Source: Kiritimatiellia bacterium (lineage in GTDB: Bacteria > Verrucomicrobiota > Kiritimatiellia > JAAZAB01). From it: a stretch of DNA of 64,000 nt. Position 1 is the first letter of the stretch. Every line of letters begins with the position of its first letter. A program made the translations under genes and the position numbers. Under the pieces are notes generated by a model. The model made no database searches. It was not told where the DNA came from and worked only from the letters and a program-made list of their open reading frames with translations. The stretch lies in contig JAXGPF010000003.1 of the NCBI GenBank assembly GCA_040767085.1, positions 320,001 through 384,000 of the forward strand, written 5' to 3'. Below, one piece after another: positions 37,131-47,363 of the stretch.

Positions 37131-39617
37131 TTATTGCTCGATATTGATGCGGCAGTTGGACCCGCGGCCTTTAACCTCGATCACCGCCACCCGGTTGCGC
37201 CGGAGAGCGATCCGGACCTTTTTGCCGTAAATTGAAAAAAGCGCCTCCGCCGGCCCGGCGCGGTTGTGCCAATCGGTCGCAACGGCAAAAATCCGGCAAC
37301 ATGCGCCGGCACGCGGCGCGCCGGGGTAAACAAAGTAATTGATTTTTTCGCCCGCCAGCAGCCGGATGTCGCGCGGCAACCGTCCCGCCAGATCGCGCAA
37401 CGTGGCGTTGATGAGCAGGTAAACCGTCGGGGCTTTTGCATAATCCGCCAGATTGAACAAATACACCCGCCCGCGGCCCAGCCGATGCTCGACCAGGAAA
37501 GGGAAACCCGAAAACGATTCAACTATAATCGGCCGGGCGCGGCGTCCGGCCAGCCGAAGATTGCGCAACATGGCATTATAAGTTCCCATGTCCATATAAA
37601 ACGGCGTTTCCGGCTGCCGGCGGATCAGGCGGTCGGTCTCCGGAAAATCCCCGCGCCGGACGCGCGGAATTTCCAGCCGGTTGATGGGCGCGTCGGCGCG
37701 ATCTGGCGTTCCGTCAAATTCCACGCCGCACAAGGCGCGCAGCCGGCCGGGATGGATGTGCGCGCAAGGATCGTCCACGCATGTGCTGGATGTCAAATGG
37801 GGCAGCAGAACCGTCAGAATTCCGCCCTGCCGGACGTAACGCATCAATTTCGCATGCGTATCGGCCGTCATGGTGTTCCAGCCAGACATGATCAGCATTC
37901 TGCACTGCCGCATGGCGGCCGGTCCGGCTTCCACCGGCATGATGTCGGCCTGGCCGAACGGCGTGTGCGAAACCATATCCTCGCAACAACGGGGACGGCA
38001 AAAGTTCGCGGCATTGCCTGTTGCGGGCCACATGGGGAAATCCGGATAACACACCTCCAAATTCATCCAGGAGCAGCCGGCATAGCCGGCGTTTGTGAAA
38101 AACGCCGGGTTGATATGCGCGCTGGAAATATCATGCTTGCCCTGCAGGTAGGCGATGTCCGCGGCCGGCTGGCCGCGCAGCCGGTGCCGGCCCGCGAAAT
38201 CTATCAGGCCGCGTTGGATGGACCGCACCTCCGCTACCACCGGATCGTCCCACTCCCGCTCTCGCGTCAGCCGGTGGTAAAACGCTCCGGACTCGGAATA
38301 GATCGTCCGCGCGCCGCCGAGATACAGCAGGTATTGGGTCAGCCACCAGATATTCAGGCGTTTGCGGTCAAAATCCGGGTCCAGCCGGGCATGCTGGGAT
38401 CGCGTTGTCAAGCCGCCATAGCATTGGCATTCCCATGAATTGATGGCGCCCCATTTGTCAATTCCACAGGCCCGGGCCGCCCCGCGCGCGGAAGCCATCA
38501 TCAGCAACGCGCGGCTGCCCAGCAATTCGATGGCCGGAAAAGACGCGCCCGCCGCCAGGTAATAGCGGTGATAAAAACTCGGATCGGTCTCCCAGACCAG
38601 GGCCCCGGGCGCCAAGGCGCGGATAGGGCGCATGATGGTCCGCCGGAATAGTTCGGTAAAGGCGCGGGTGATTTTCCCCAGATCGCGATTCCGGGCTTCC
38701 AGCGCGACCTTGAGCATGGTCCCATGCTGTTCGTGCGGAGCGAAGCCCAGGAAATTCGGCCCCAGCGCGCGGATGAGCCGGCGCAGCCGCCGGTTGTATT
38801 CGGCTTCCGTAAATTGATGGGATTGCGGGCCGGCATAATTGAAATGGTTGCGGATGGCTACGGCCAGGCCGGCCTGCCGGATCAGCCCGGTATTGATCAA
38901 GGCCGGATCGATCTCGCAGAAATGGGAGTTGAACAGGAACGCCAGCAGGTTGCCCTGCCGCTCCAGGCTGAAAAGCCGGATCGTGCGGGAAAAATCGTCC
39001 TGCGATAACTGCACGCCCTCATGCCCGCCGACCAGGTGGCCCAGCCAGGTGCCCGCGGGAATGCCTGCCGGCGGCTGAAGTTTTCGATTCTCAAACGCCA
39101 GCACCTGCACATCGCTGATCCGGTAAGTTGTGTTATCCAGCAATTTTTGCGGAATGGCCATGCGCGCCGTCGGCAGTGGACGGAACGGCCGGGTGTGATT
39201 GAGTAGCACGAATTCGTTTTTGCCGGGGCGGATTGCGCCCGGCTCCAAATCAATTTCCAGGGCCGGCCAGAACCGCCAGGAGCGGTAATTCATGAATTGC
39301 CCCGTGCCCCGGAACACCCGCCGGCCGTTCAACCGCACTTCGAATTCGCCCCAGGTCTTCAAGTCCACCGAGTTGTAAAACGACAGCGGCATCTCCCGGA
39401 GCATGTCCCACATGCCGCGGATGCGGAACACGCCCCGCATGTTGCCCGACGGATAAGGCCAGGAAAAATTGCCCATGACGGAATTCCGGCGCAGGCTGAT
39501 GCACAAGCGCGGCTCGGAATAGCGCTTGGTGACGACATCATGCGCCTGGAACACCGCGCGCGGCCCGCCGGACAGGCGCGCGGCATCAATCACAACCTTG
39601 TAAAATATCACTGCCAT
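37131..39617 (-). CDS. Hypothetical protein, possibly glycosidase-like with a GATase-like trimerisation domain
   Basis: Long ORF; late region MLIMSGWNTM...KLMRYVRQGG...EHRLGRGRVY resembles beta-galactosidase trimerisation domains; start uncertain. Confidence 0.55.
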   Translation of the reverse strand: MAVIFYKVVIDAARLSGGPRAVFQAHDVVTKRYSEPRLCISLRRNSVMGNFSWPYPSGNMRGVFRIRGMWDMLREMPLSFYNSVDLKTWGEFEVRLNGRRVFRGTGQFMNYRSWRFWPALEIDLEPGAIRPGKNEFVLLNHTRPFRPLPTARMAIPQKLLDNTTYRISDVQVLAFENRKLQPPAGIPAGTWLGHLVGGHEGVQLSQDDFSRTIRLFSLERQGNLLAFLFNSHFCEIDPALINTGLIRQAGLAVAIRNHFNYAGPQSHQFTEAEYNRRLRRLIRALGPNFLGFAPHEQHGTMLKVALEARNRDLGKITRAFTELFRRTIMRPIRALAPGALVWETDPSFYHRYYLAAGASFPAIELLGSRALLMMASARGAARACGIDKWGAINSWECQCYGGLTTRSQHARLDPDFDRKRLNIWWLTQYLLYLGGARTIYSESGAFYHRLTREREWDDPVVAEVRSIQRGLIDFAGRHRLRGQPAADIAYLQGKHDISSAHINPAFFTNAGYAGCSWMNLEVCYPDFPMWPATGNAANFCRPRCCEDMVSHTPFGQADIMPVEAGPAAMRQCRMLIMSGWNTMTADTHAKLMRYVRQGGILTVLLPHLTSSTCVDDPCAHIHPGRLRALCGVEFDGTPDRADAPINRLEIPRVRRGDFPETDRLIRRQPETPFYMDMGTYNAMLRNLRLAGRRARPIIVESFSGFPFLVEHRLGRGRVYLFNLADYAKAPTVYLLINATLRDLAGRLPRDIRLLAGEKINYFVYPGAPRAGACCRIFAVATDWHNRAGPAEALFSIYGKKVRIALRRNRVAVIEVKGRGSNCRINIEQ

Positions 39618-39727
39618 ATCCCTGAAGGCGGGCACCAGCCCGCAATTTCACCGGCATTATGATCGCTGCCGGCTTTCCATGCCAACGCCGATTTCACTGG
39701 ATTTTGCCAAAAGCCAGGGCTGCGTCA

Positions 39728-42700
39728 TTACGGATCGAACGGCGTCGGCGCCGTTCCCTGTTCCAGTTGGATGGCGTCCGCCCAGAGTGTTCCGCCTTCC
39801 AGCAACGCCAGCGCGAATGTCGTATAACGCGAGGCATGCGCCGGCATGGTGAACGGCACATAATAGCGTTCCCACTGCGTCGTTACCGCCACATCCCTGG
39901 CGCCGCCGGGCGTGGTCAGCCGGGCGGGCAGCCCATCCCGGCTGCCCTTGAGATAAATCGAAAGCACGTACGGCGTCGGCCGGTCATGCTGCGGCCCCAG
40001 CCGGCAATATACGCTCCGGCCACGCTGGCCTGCCGGGGCTTGCAGGCGGAACGACACCTTGCCCTCGTAAGGATTGTTTTCGTCCAGAAACAGGTTGGGA
40101 TTGGACCGTCCGACGCGTTGCTCCGGATGCCAGGCCATGCCGGAAGCCTGGGGAAACCAGTAATCGGGATAATGCGGCAAAGTCGCCTCCTCGAACCCGG
40201 GATTGGGCATAACGTTGCGATGTCCCGACCGGCCGGCGGCCGGCGTCTCGTTTTCTACCCGCGCCAGCCCGGGATGCGGGATGGCCTCTACGGATACAGC
40301 CAGCGGCGGCGGCATGGCGTCCGCCTGAAACAGGTAGGCGCGCGTGGCCAGCGGTTCCAGCCGCTCCGTTAAACAGCCATCGCGGAGCGCATGCGTTTTA
40401 CCGGAGAATAGCTGTTGCGCCTCTCCCGCCAATCCCGGCCAGGGCAATGTCATTTCCATGTCCACCGGATAAAGCGCGCTGTTGGCCGCCAGGACCAGGT
40501 ATCCGCGCCCGGCAACGTATTTGACGCTTACATGCAGGTCGCGCGCGCCAGGATCGGACGCCGGCACAGACCTGCCGCCGGCCCGGTATTCCAGTTGCAT
40601 GGGGACAGGCAACGTGACCAGCCAGGGGGTCATTTCCCTGATCTCGCGGCCCAGCGCCGCCAGGCCGTCCCAGGTGGCCTGATGGATGACCGGGTAGATG
40701 AAATACAGAAATCCGGATGCGCCGTAAATCAGGCTGAGATATGTCTGGCTGCGTTGCTCGTCCGGCGCGGTCAGGCGCTTGAAATGCCGCGAACCGCAAT
40801 GCTCCAGCACGGGCGTAGGCCAGACCGGCTTGCGTTCCACCAGCGCGCGTTGGAACATTTCATCCGTCTGCATGCCGGCAAAAAGCGGAGAAGTCCGTCC
40901 GCCGCCAACCGGCGGCACCCAGTAGGGATCGCGCGAGATGATATCGCGCCAATCAGTGTATTTTTCATCCGGCGGGGGCAAATCGGCATTCCACAATACC
41001 CGGACTGGATGGTATCCGTCCAAGTCGTTGACCATCCCGTAAAGCTTGCGCCCCTGGATATAATGATCGAAATAGCGCTCAACGGACGGTTCGTCGAAGG
41101 AATCGTAAAACGCCAGGGCGGGATGGCTGCGCACCGACATGATGCCGGCGCGGATGAATGGCGCCGCCTGGTCAAAGACTTCGGCAAACCGGCGCGATTT
41201 TTCACTGCGGCTGAGATTGACCATTTGCGGATGGGCCGCCATGTCCATCTTCAAAAAAGTCAATCCGCGGTAAGGCCAGTTGAGCCAGGCAGTTTGCGGC
41301 TGAAAAACCGCCCCATCGCCGAACATCTCCAACCGTAACCCGAAGTGCAATCCGTATTTCGCCGCCAGGTCCATGGCCGCAACGAGCTGCCCATTGGAAG
41401 CGGCCGTGTTCCAATACACCCAGGTGTTGATTCCGGCGGCTGCGAGTTCCTGGAGGTTGGTTTCGAAATTCGCCGCGCATTCCTCGATCCGGTGGCCGTA
41501 AAGCACGCCGTAAACAAAGACTGGCCGGCCGTCATGCAGGAGCCGGCATTGCTCGCGGTCAATTTTCCATTCATGCCCGGGATTTGGCGCGCGTTTCACC
41601 AGTTCCAACTCCGCCCGGGCCAGGGATGGGGACGCCGCGGCGCCGGCTTGCAGGTTCAAAGTCAGCGGGTAATTTCCGCAGGGCAGATCGGAAAGATTTG
41701 CCTCCACCCTGGTCAGCGCGCCGGTCACCGGCGCGGTAAAGTTCAACGCGGACACGCCCGCCGTGCAAGTAATGCTGAAGTTTGACCAACTCGCCGGCGG
41801 CAGGCCGATCCGGCAGACGATGCCGGCCGCTTTCTCGCCGGTGTAATAACTGCGGTCGGCATACGCGGAAAACACATCCAAGACCGGCATTTTTTCAACG
41901 ACGGTCTGCAGCCATGAGGCATCCGGCTCGTTTTCCGGAATCAATTCCACCCGCAGGCGGCGCGCGCCGGTGTTTTGCACCGGCATGGCAAAGGTCACGC
42001 TGCCGGTGGCGCCGGCCGCCAGGCACAAGGTGTTGGTGTATTCCCTGGCGGCGCCCGCACCGGGCAGATCGGCCGCCGCCACCTTGACGGCGCCGGTTTG
42101 CGCGCCCAGGTTGCGCACCGACACCGTGGCGCCATAAGCCAAACCGCTGGCAGTTACCTCATATCCATGGACCTGCAGCTCTTCATACTTGGGGAGAAAC
42201 GGCAGGCTGCCGGTCCGGGCGAATGGCGCGGCCGCGGCAAAGCAATCGGAGGCGTACCACCATACCGGGGGCGCCGGCTGCCAGCTCAGTACTTCGCGAT
42301 ATTCGCCGATTTCCACGGCCATCGGATCGAGCACGGGATAAATTACATGCGCCACGATGTTCAAGCCCATGGTTTCGGAAAACTGCGACCATTGCGCCAG
42401 CGGCGGCACCGGAATGGCGATCTCAGCGCGCCAGCCCTGGGGATTGGTCTTGGCGCTCGAACGCCAGGGAATGCTCCAGGCCGGCTTGATGCCCCGCGTT
42501 TTCAACACATAAACGTCGGACTTGACGTTATGGGCGCTCACCCGAAACAGGTACCAGCCGCCCGGCCGGCCACGCCCCGGGTCCAGCGCAATCTTGATGC
42601 AATTCTCGCCCTGGATATACCCGTCATGTTCCAGCGCCTTCGGGAATATCCGCGACGGCTCGGGGTGCGTGATATCGGCGGCCACATAAAGCCAGACGTC

Positions 42701-42970
42701 GTCGCGCAGCAGGCGGACGGCGGCATTCGTGGCCGGACGGTTTGAATGCGTCAATGAAACGAACTGTAAAATCTCCCGGGCCTGCCGCCAGCAGGGCTCG
42801 GAAAAATCCGCGTCGATCACGGGCGGGATATCGCAGCGCGGTATGTCCGCCAGCGGCGCGCCCGCGGTCAAGGCCGCCGGCGCGGCCAACAGGAGCGCGC
42901 CGGCCAGTAAGCTGGCGGCGCTTTTTATCCGCCCGGCGATGGGTCTGTTCATTCCGCTTCTGGCATTCAT
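39728..42970 (-). CDS. Secreted multidomain putative glycoside hydrolase (CBM9-like + Ig-like + TIM barrel + C-terminal CBM-like)
   Basis: PPVIDADFSEPCW, GWRAEIAIP, HPALAFYDSFDEP, DPYW, NPGFEE...WADAIQLEQG. Confidence 0.75.
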   Translation of the reverse strand: MNARSGMNRPIAGRIKSAASLLAGALLLAAPAALTAGAPLADIPRCDIPPVIDADFSEPCWRQAREILQFVSLTHSNRPATNAAVRLLRDDVWLYVAADITHPEPSRIFPKALEHDGYIQGENCIKIALDPGRGRPGGWYLFRVSAHNVKSDVYVLKTRGIKPAWSIPWRSSAKTNPQGWRAEIAIPVPPLAQWSQFSETMGLNIVAHVIYPVLDPMAVEIGEYREVLSWQPAPPVWWYASDCFAAAAPFARTGSLPFLPKYEELQVHGYEVTASGLAYGATVSVRNLGAQTGAVKVAAADLPGAGAAREYTNTLCLAAGATGSVTFAMPVQNTGARRLRVELIPENEPDASWLQTVVEKMPVLDVFSAYADRSYYTGEKAAGIVCRIGLPPASWSNFSITCTAGVSALNFTAPVTGALTRVEANLSDLPCGNYPLTLNLQAGAAASPSLARAELELVKRAPNPGHEWKIDREQCRLLHDGRPVFVYGVLYGHRIEECAANFETNLQELAAAGINTWVYWNTAASNGQLVAAMDLAAKYGLHFGLRLEMFGDGAVFQPQTAWLNWPYRGLTFLKMDMAAHPQMVNLSRSEKSRRFAEVFDQAAPFIRAGIMSVRSHPALAFYDSFDEPSVERYFDHYIQGRKLYGMVNDLDGYHPVRVLWNADLPPPDEKYTDWRDIISRDPYWVPPVGGGRTSPLFAGMQTDEMFQRALVERKPVWPTPVLEHCGSRHFKRLTAPDEQRSQTYLSLIYGASGFLYFIYPVIHQATWDGLAALGREIREMTPWLVTLPVPMQLEYRAGGRSVPASDPGARDLHVSVKYVAGRGYLVLAANSALYPVDMEMTLPWPGLAGEAQQLFSGKTHALRDGCLTERLEPLATRAYLFQADAMPPPLAVSVEAIPHPGLARVENETPAAGRSGHRNVMPNPGFEEATLPHYPDYWFPQASGMAWHPEQRVGRSNPNLFLDENNPYEGKVSFRLQAPAGQRGRSVYCRLGPQHDRPTPYVLSIYLKGSRDGLPARLTTPGGARDVAVTTQWERYYVPFTMPAHASRYTTFALALLEGGTLWADAIQLEQGTAPTPFDP

Positions 42971-43115
42971 AGTCCCCCGGCGTTTTTCAACCAGTCTGAC
43001 GCGGATTATTCTAACACACGCCGCGCGCCAGGCAAGCAATCCCAGTAGCGTTTATTTGAATTCCAGTATCATCGTCAGCCCGTTCCGGGCCGGCGGCGGG
43101 GATCGGGCGCGGCGC

Positions 43116-43169
43116 AATATTTGGAGTGCGGCGGCAGGACGCCGCTTTCCCAAGCCGCCGCAGTCCAAA
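43116..43169. repeat. GGAG-type REP doublet (inverted pair)
   Basis: TTTGGAGTGCGGCGGC (43120-43135) ... GCCGCCGCAGTCCAAA (43154-43169). Confidence 0.7.
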
Positions 43170-43333
43170 AATCAGGGCAAGACCAAATTCCATCTCAAGC
43201 GGCATGCTTGCGGATTGTGCTACTGGATTGCAACTAAATGATATTCGCTTTGATTGCCTAAGAGCGCACGGCATGATAAACTGTGCGCTTAAACGGGATC
43301 AGCGTTTTCCCAGCGATCTCCAGGAGCGATCAA

Positions 43334-44626
43334 ATGACAATCCGCCGCCGTTTTTCAATCAAGGTTAAAAAGGAAATTTATGTGGCGGCATCCGCCGGCC
43401 GGTCTATCTGGGCGCAAGCACCCTCCTATGTCCGGCCGGGCGGTTTGGAGATGACGGACGTCATTGCCATGACCCGGCGCGGCCCGGTGCTGGGCGATCC
43501 CAACCCCACCCGCTACTACTATACCGAACTGTCCCGGCGGCGGTATTCCTCGGATAATGGCCGCAACTGGGAAGACGGCCCCGTCCTGGTGGACAATCGC
43601 GCCGGCTTCCTTGGCAACTACGAACGTTACACGCCCTTGAATTACCCGGACCCGGACAATGGCCGGCTGCTGTCGCTGACCAACGAGGCGCTGCTGGATT
43701 GCGCCGGCGGCAAACCCCAATGGTACGGCGAGGGCAACCTGCGCGCGCGCACTATGCGCATCTTTTACGAAATCTCTCACAATGGCGGCCGCACCTGGAC
43801 ACCGGCGCGCCAGGTGGTCCACCGCCACCCGCAATATAACGCGCGCGACTGGATGCCGGGATTGGCATACGGCGTTAACGGCGCTATGTGCGGCAATCAG
43901 CGCATCATCAAAACCGGCGCCGGAGCCTTGGTGATCCCCATCACTGCCTTCGCCGCCGGCAGCAACCGGCGCAACATCCAGGAATGCGACCACCAGACCA
44001 GCACCATGGCCGGATTTCTGCTCGGTCAATGGACGCCGGACATGAACGACATCGCATGGGAATGCAGCGAGTTCCTGGATATTGACCCGCGGGAACGCCC
44101 CAGCGGCTTGACCGAGCCGGATGTTTTATACCTGGGCGGACAGCGTATCTTCGCCACCATGCGCAATATGGGCAACAAGGAAAAAGGCATTCCCAGCCTG
44201 CGAATGTGTTCCCTGTCCGAGGATGGCGGGCACACCTGGAGCCCCGCCCGCCCGCTGACTTACGAGAACCGGACGCCGGTCTGGGTGCCGGCCTGCCCCG
44301 CGGAATTCCTGGTTTCGCCCCGTACCGGCCGGATTTACTGGATTGCCAACATCCAGCCCGCGCCGGTTTACCGCGGCATCCCGCGCTACCCGCTCACCAT
44401 CGCCGAATTCGATCCGGAAACGCTCTGCATCATCAAGGACAGCGTACAGACCGTTTACGACAAGCCGTCGGACGCCCCGCCGCAGCGCCGCTATTCCAAC
44501 TGGGGCAGTTATATTGACCGCGCGACGGGCGAATTCGTCCTGACATTGCCGGAAGAACCGAAGATCAGCTGGGACGATTACACCGGCGATGCCGTGCGCT
44601 TCCGGATCGCGCTGGATGAATGGTAA
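43334..44626 (+). CDS. Sialidase-like BNR/Asp-box beta-propeller protein
   Basis: Asp boxes SSDNGRNW, SHNGGRTW, SEDGGHTW; LTEP, PRYPL; SD AGGAG. Confidence 0.8.
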   Translation: MTIRRRFSIKVKKEIYVAASAGRSIWAQAPSYVRPGGLEMTDVIAMTRRGPVLGDPNPTRYYYTELSRRRYSSDNGRNWEDGPVLVDNRAGFLGNYERYTPLNYPDPDNGRLLSLTNEALLDCAGGKPQWYGEGNLRARTMRIFYEISHNGGRTWTPARQVVHRHPQYNARDWMPGLAYGVNGAMCGNQRIIKTGAGALVIPITAFAAGSNRRNIQECDHQTSTMAGFLLGQWTPDMNDIAWECSEFLDIDPRERPSGLTEPDVLYLGGQRIFATMRNMGNKEKGIPSLRMCSLSEDGGHTWSPARPLTYENRTPVWVPACPAEFLVSPRTGRIYWIANIQPAPVYRGIPRYPLTIAEFDPETLCIIKDSVQTVYDKPSDAPPQRRYSNWGSYIDRATGEFVLTLPEEPKISWDDYTGDAVRFRIALDEW

Positions 44627-44660
44627 AATATTTGGAGTGCGGCGGCTCGACGCTGCTTTT
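44627..44660 (+). repeat. GGAG-type REP, single copy
   Basis: AATATTTGGAGTGCGGCGGC identical to 43116-43135, starting right after the stop codon. Confidence 0.7.
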
Positions 44661-44756
44661 TCCACGGCCGGATCTGATTTTACCGCAAATCGAATCCTTG
44701 CGCATATTAACCATGCTTTTAACGTGACAAACAAAACCAAGTCAGAAGGACAGATT

Positions 44757-47201
44757 ATGTTTCGCTCAACCTGGCGCATGCTCAACTTGCTGTTTTTCAT
44801 CCTGCTCTGCCTGCATCGCGCCGGCGCCGGAGATGCGCCCTGGACCGATCGCCTGATCCCCCTGCCCCAGGAAACCAGGTTGGCCGGCACGGTCAACCTG
44901 GCCGCGTCGGAAATCAATTGGCATTTGAATTTCACCGGTTTGCAGGTTGAGGCTATCGGCCAAATCCTCCGGCCGTTGTCCGCCGGAACCAACGGCCGGC
45001 TGCAGGTCGTTTTGCACCTGGCGGAACAGGCGCGCGGCGCGGCCCCGGACGCCATCCTGGCTCGGCTGCACACCCTCCCGAACGCCGGCCAGGCTTACCT
45101 GGTTTACCCGGCGACCAACGCGCCGGCGCAGGTGCGCATCATCGCCAACACCGGCGTCGGACTGCTTTACGGCGCCCGCACCCTGGCGCAATTATGGCGG
45201 CTGCATGCCGATCCGCCACCGGCCGCCGATGCCGTCCAGGCCTGGCCGCTGGCGGAAATTCTGGACTGGCCCGACCTGGCCGAACGCGGCCTCTGGGGCG
45301 ATGTCGAACGTTTTGCGCCCTGGCTGGCGCAATGGAAAATCAACCTGATGGAGACCCGGCTGCGCTTCGACGCCAACGGCGGAGTGTTCAGCTACTTCCT
45401 GACCAATGCGGCGGCCCGGGAGGCCGCGTCGCACGGATTCCACCTGGCGCCTTTTTTCGCCCACCCGGACAAGTTGCTTAATTTCAATCCTTTCCTCCTG
45501 ACGCCGGCCGGCCGGCAAGCCTGGCCGGGCGTGCTGGCAACCAATGACCGGGCGCTTTGTTTCTCCTCCACCAACACCATCCGGCTCCTGGCCGCATGGA
45601 TGGAATCGGCATTCCGATTACTGCGCCAGGCCGATCCGGCCGGGCGGCCCACCCTCAGCATGCGCACCACGGAAACCCGCAAACCCGACCCCTGCGGCTG
45701 CGTTCAATGCCGGCGGCGGACAGTGTATGAAAACGAAACGGCGGCTTTCCTGGAAGCATTCCGCCAAGTTCGTTCGAACTGGCCGGATGCCTTTCTGCGC
45801 ATCAACCTGAGCCAGGGCACGTTCGCGTATAACGACCGCTTGATTGATCTGGTGCCCCGCGAAAACGCCGGCCACGCGGGCCTGGTGTTCTACGACAGCA
45901 AACTGACTTACCGGGTCAAGCGCGAGCCGATGATTTACCCGCTGCTGGAACAATACGCCGCCGCGGGCGGCTGGCTGGGCGCCGTGCCGGTGCTTTCACC
46001 AAACTGGTTTACAATCTTTCCCTGGACCGGCCCGTCATTCGTCAAATACCGCCTCCAGGAATGTGTGGAAAAACATTTGCAATCCATTACGGCCTATTTT
46101 GTGCCCAGCGTCTGGTACCACCAGTGCAATGCCATGGCACTGGCGGAATGGGGTTGGAACGCCCGGGGACGCACTCCGCGGGAATTCGCGCGGGCTTATG
46201 CGGCCGCCATGGGCATGCCGGATCAGGATTTATTCGGCGAATGGGCCATGCTGGCCGGCGAAGCGGGCTGGGACCTGGCGGCCTCCGGCATTATCGCGCG
46301 CATAGCCGGCGACCCGTCGCTCTGGCTTGAGCGCGGCCTGGTGTTTTCCCATGATCTGGACGACCGGTTCAGCGACGATATCGCCGATAACCGCATCTCG
46401 CTTTTTGATCAGGCCTTGAGCAACGCCGCTTCAGCCAGCCGCCTCGCCAGGCAAACCGGCGCGCCGGATATGCTGGATGAATCGTACGCCACTCTCGCCG
46501 GCCTGCGCGCGCTGGCCGTGTGCGCCGAAATTCAGCCCATCCTGGTCAACACCAACCGCGGCGCGGAGGCGCGCGCGGAACTGGCCGAAGGCCTGGAAAT
46601 CCTGGACCGGTGCGCGCATGTTATCAACGCGCGAGTTTACGATTGGGCCAACCGGCGCGAAGCGGAATATGACCATCACGGGCATTATGCGCGCTTGAAC
46701 CATACCGCCGTCGGCTTGCTGCGGACCTGTGATATCTTCCGCCAAAGCAGCCGCGGCTGGAACATTGCCGATCCGCGCCCGGCCAGCCGCGCCCGGCCGC
46801 TGACAATCCTGGCGCAACAATCAACCAACGGCATTACAATTTATGAATTGGCCGTGCCGGATCATGCCGCCGCCGATCCCGGCAGTTACCATGTATGCTT
46901 CGACCGGCATTGTGTCGTCGAGCATGTGGAAGTTTATCAGCAGGATGCGGAGGGACAGCGGACATTGCTCAACCGTTCACCCGAACCGGAACCCAACGGC
47001 ATCACCGGCGCCAGATACCTCGAATGCCGGATAACCATTCCGCCGCCGGCCGCCGGGAACGCCCTGCTGATCAAGGTGCACATGCGCGGAGAGCAAGCTT
47101 GGGAGGGGACTATCGGCCTGCGCCGGACCTGGAGCAGCGCGGATGCCCCCTGGACCTTGGCGGAAATCGAGCAAGCCTTGCTGAATGGCGCGGTTAAATG
47201 A
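44757..47201 (+). CDS. Secreted protein with GH20 domain-2-like N-terminus and TIM-barrel-like core
   Basis: Signal peptide; LIPLPQE, QAYLV, GLLYGARTLAQL, ILDWPDLAERGLWG. Confidence 0.75.
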   Translation: MFRSTWRMLNLLFFILLCLHRAGAGDAPWTDRLIPLPQETRLAGTVNLAASEINWHLNFTGLQVEAIGQILRPLSAGTNGRLQVVLHLAEQARGAAPDAILARLHTLPNAGQAYLVYPATNAPAQVRIIANTGVGLLYGARTLAQLWRLHADPPPAADAVQAWPLAEILDWPDLAERGLWGDVERFAPWLAQWKINLMETRLRFDANGGVFSYFLTNAAAREAASHGFHLAPFFAHPDKLLNFNPFLLTPAGRQAWPGVLATNDRALCFSSTNTIRLLAAWMESAFRLLRQADPAGRPTLSMRTTETRKPDPCGCVQCRRRTVYENETAAFLEAFRQVRSNWPDAFLRINLSQGTFAYNDRLIDLVPRENAGHAGLVFYDSKLTYRVKREPMIYPLLEQYAAAGGWLGAVPVLSPNWFTIFPWTGPSFVKYRLQECVEKHLQSITAYFVPSVWYHQCNAMALAEWGWNARGRTPREFARAYAAAMGMPDQDLFGEWAMLAGEAGWDLAASGIIARIAGDPSLWLERGLVFSHDLDDRFSDDIADNRISLFDQALSNAASASRLARQTGAPDMLDESYATLAGLRALAVCAEIQPILVNTNRGAEARAELAEGLEILDRCAHVINARVYDWANRREAEYDHHGHYARLNHTAVGLLRTCDIFRQSSRGWNIADPRPASRARPLTILAQQSTNGITIYELAVPDHAAADPGSYHVCFDRHCVVEHVEVYQQDAEGQRTLLNRSPEPEPNGITGARYLECRITIPPPAAGNALLIKVHMRGEQAWEGTIGLRRTWSSADAPWTLAEIEQALLNGAVK

Positions 47202-47363
47202 ATTTCAGGGAGGGCGAAGCTGTGCTGAGCCGTTCGGTGTCATCCATTCAATTTATTGGTTTTGATTTTGCCGGAAGAAGCTATCGCCGGATGCGCAACG
47301 CCGTTGCGCCGCTGCAGATGATGCTTGGCGCGCGCTTTCAGCGCAACCAACGCAGACAAACCA

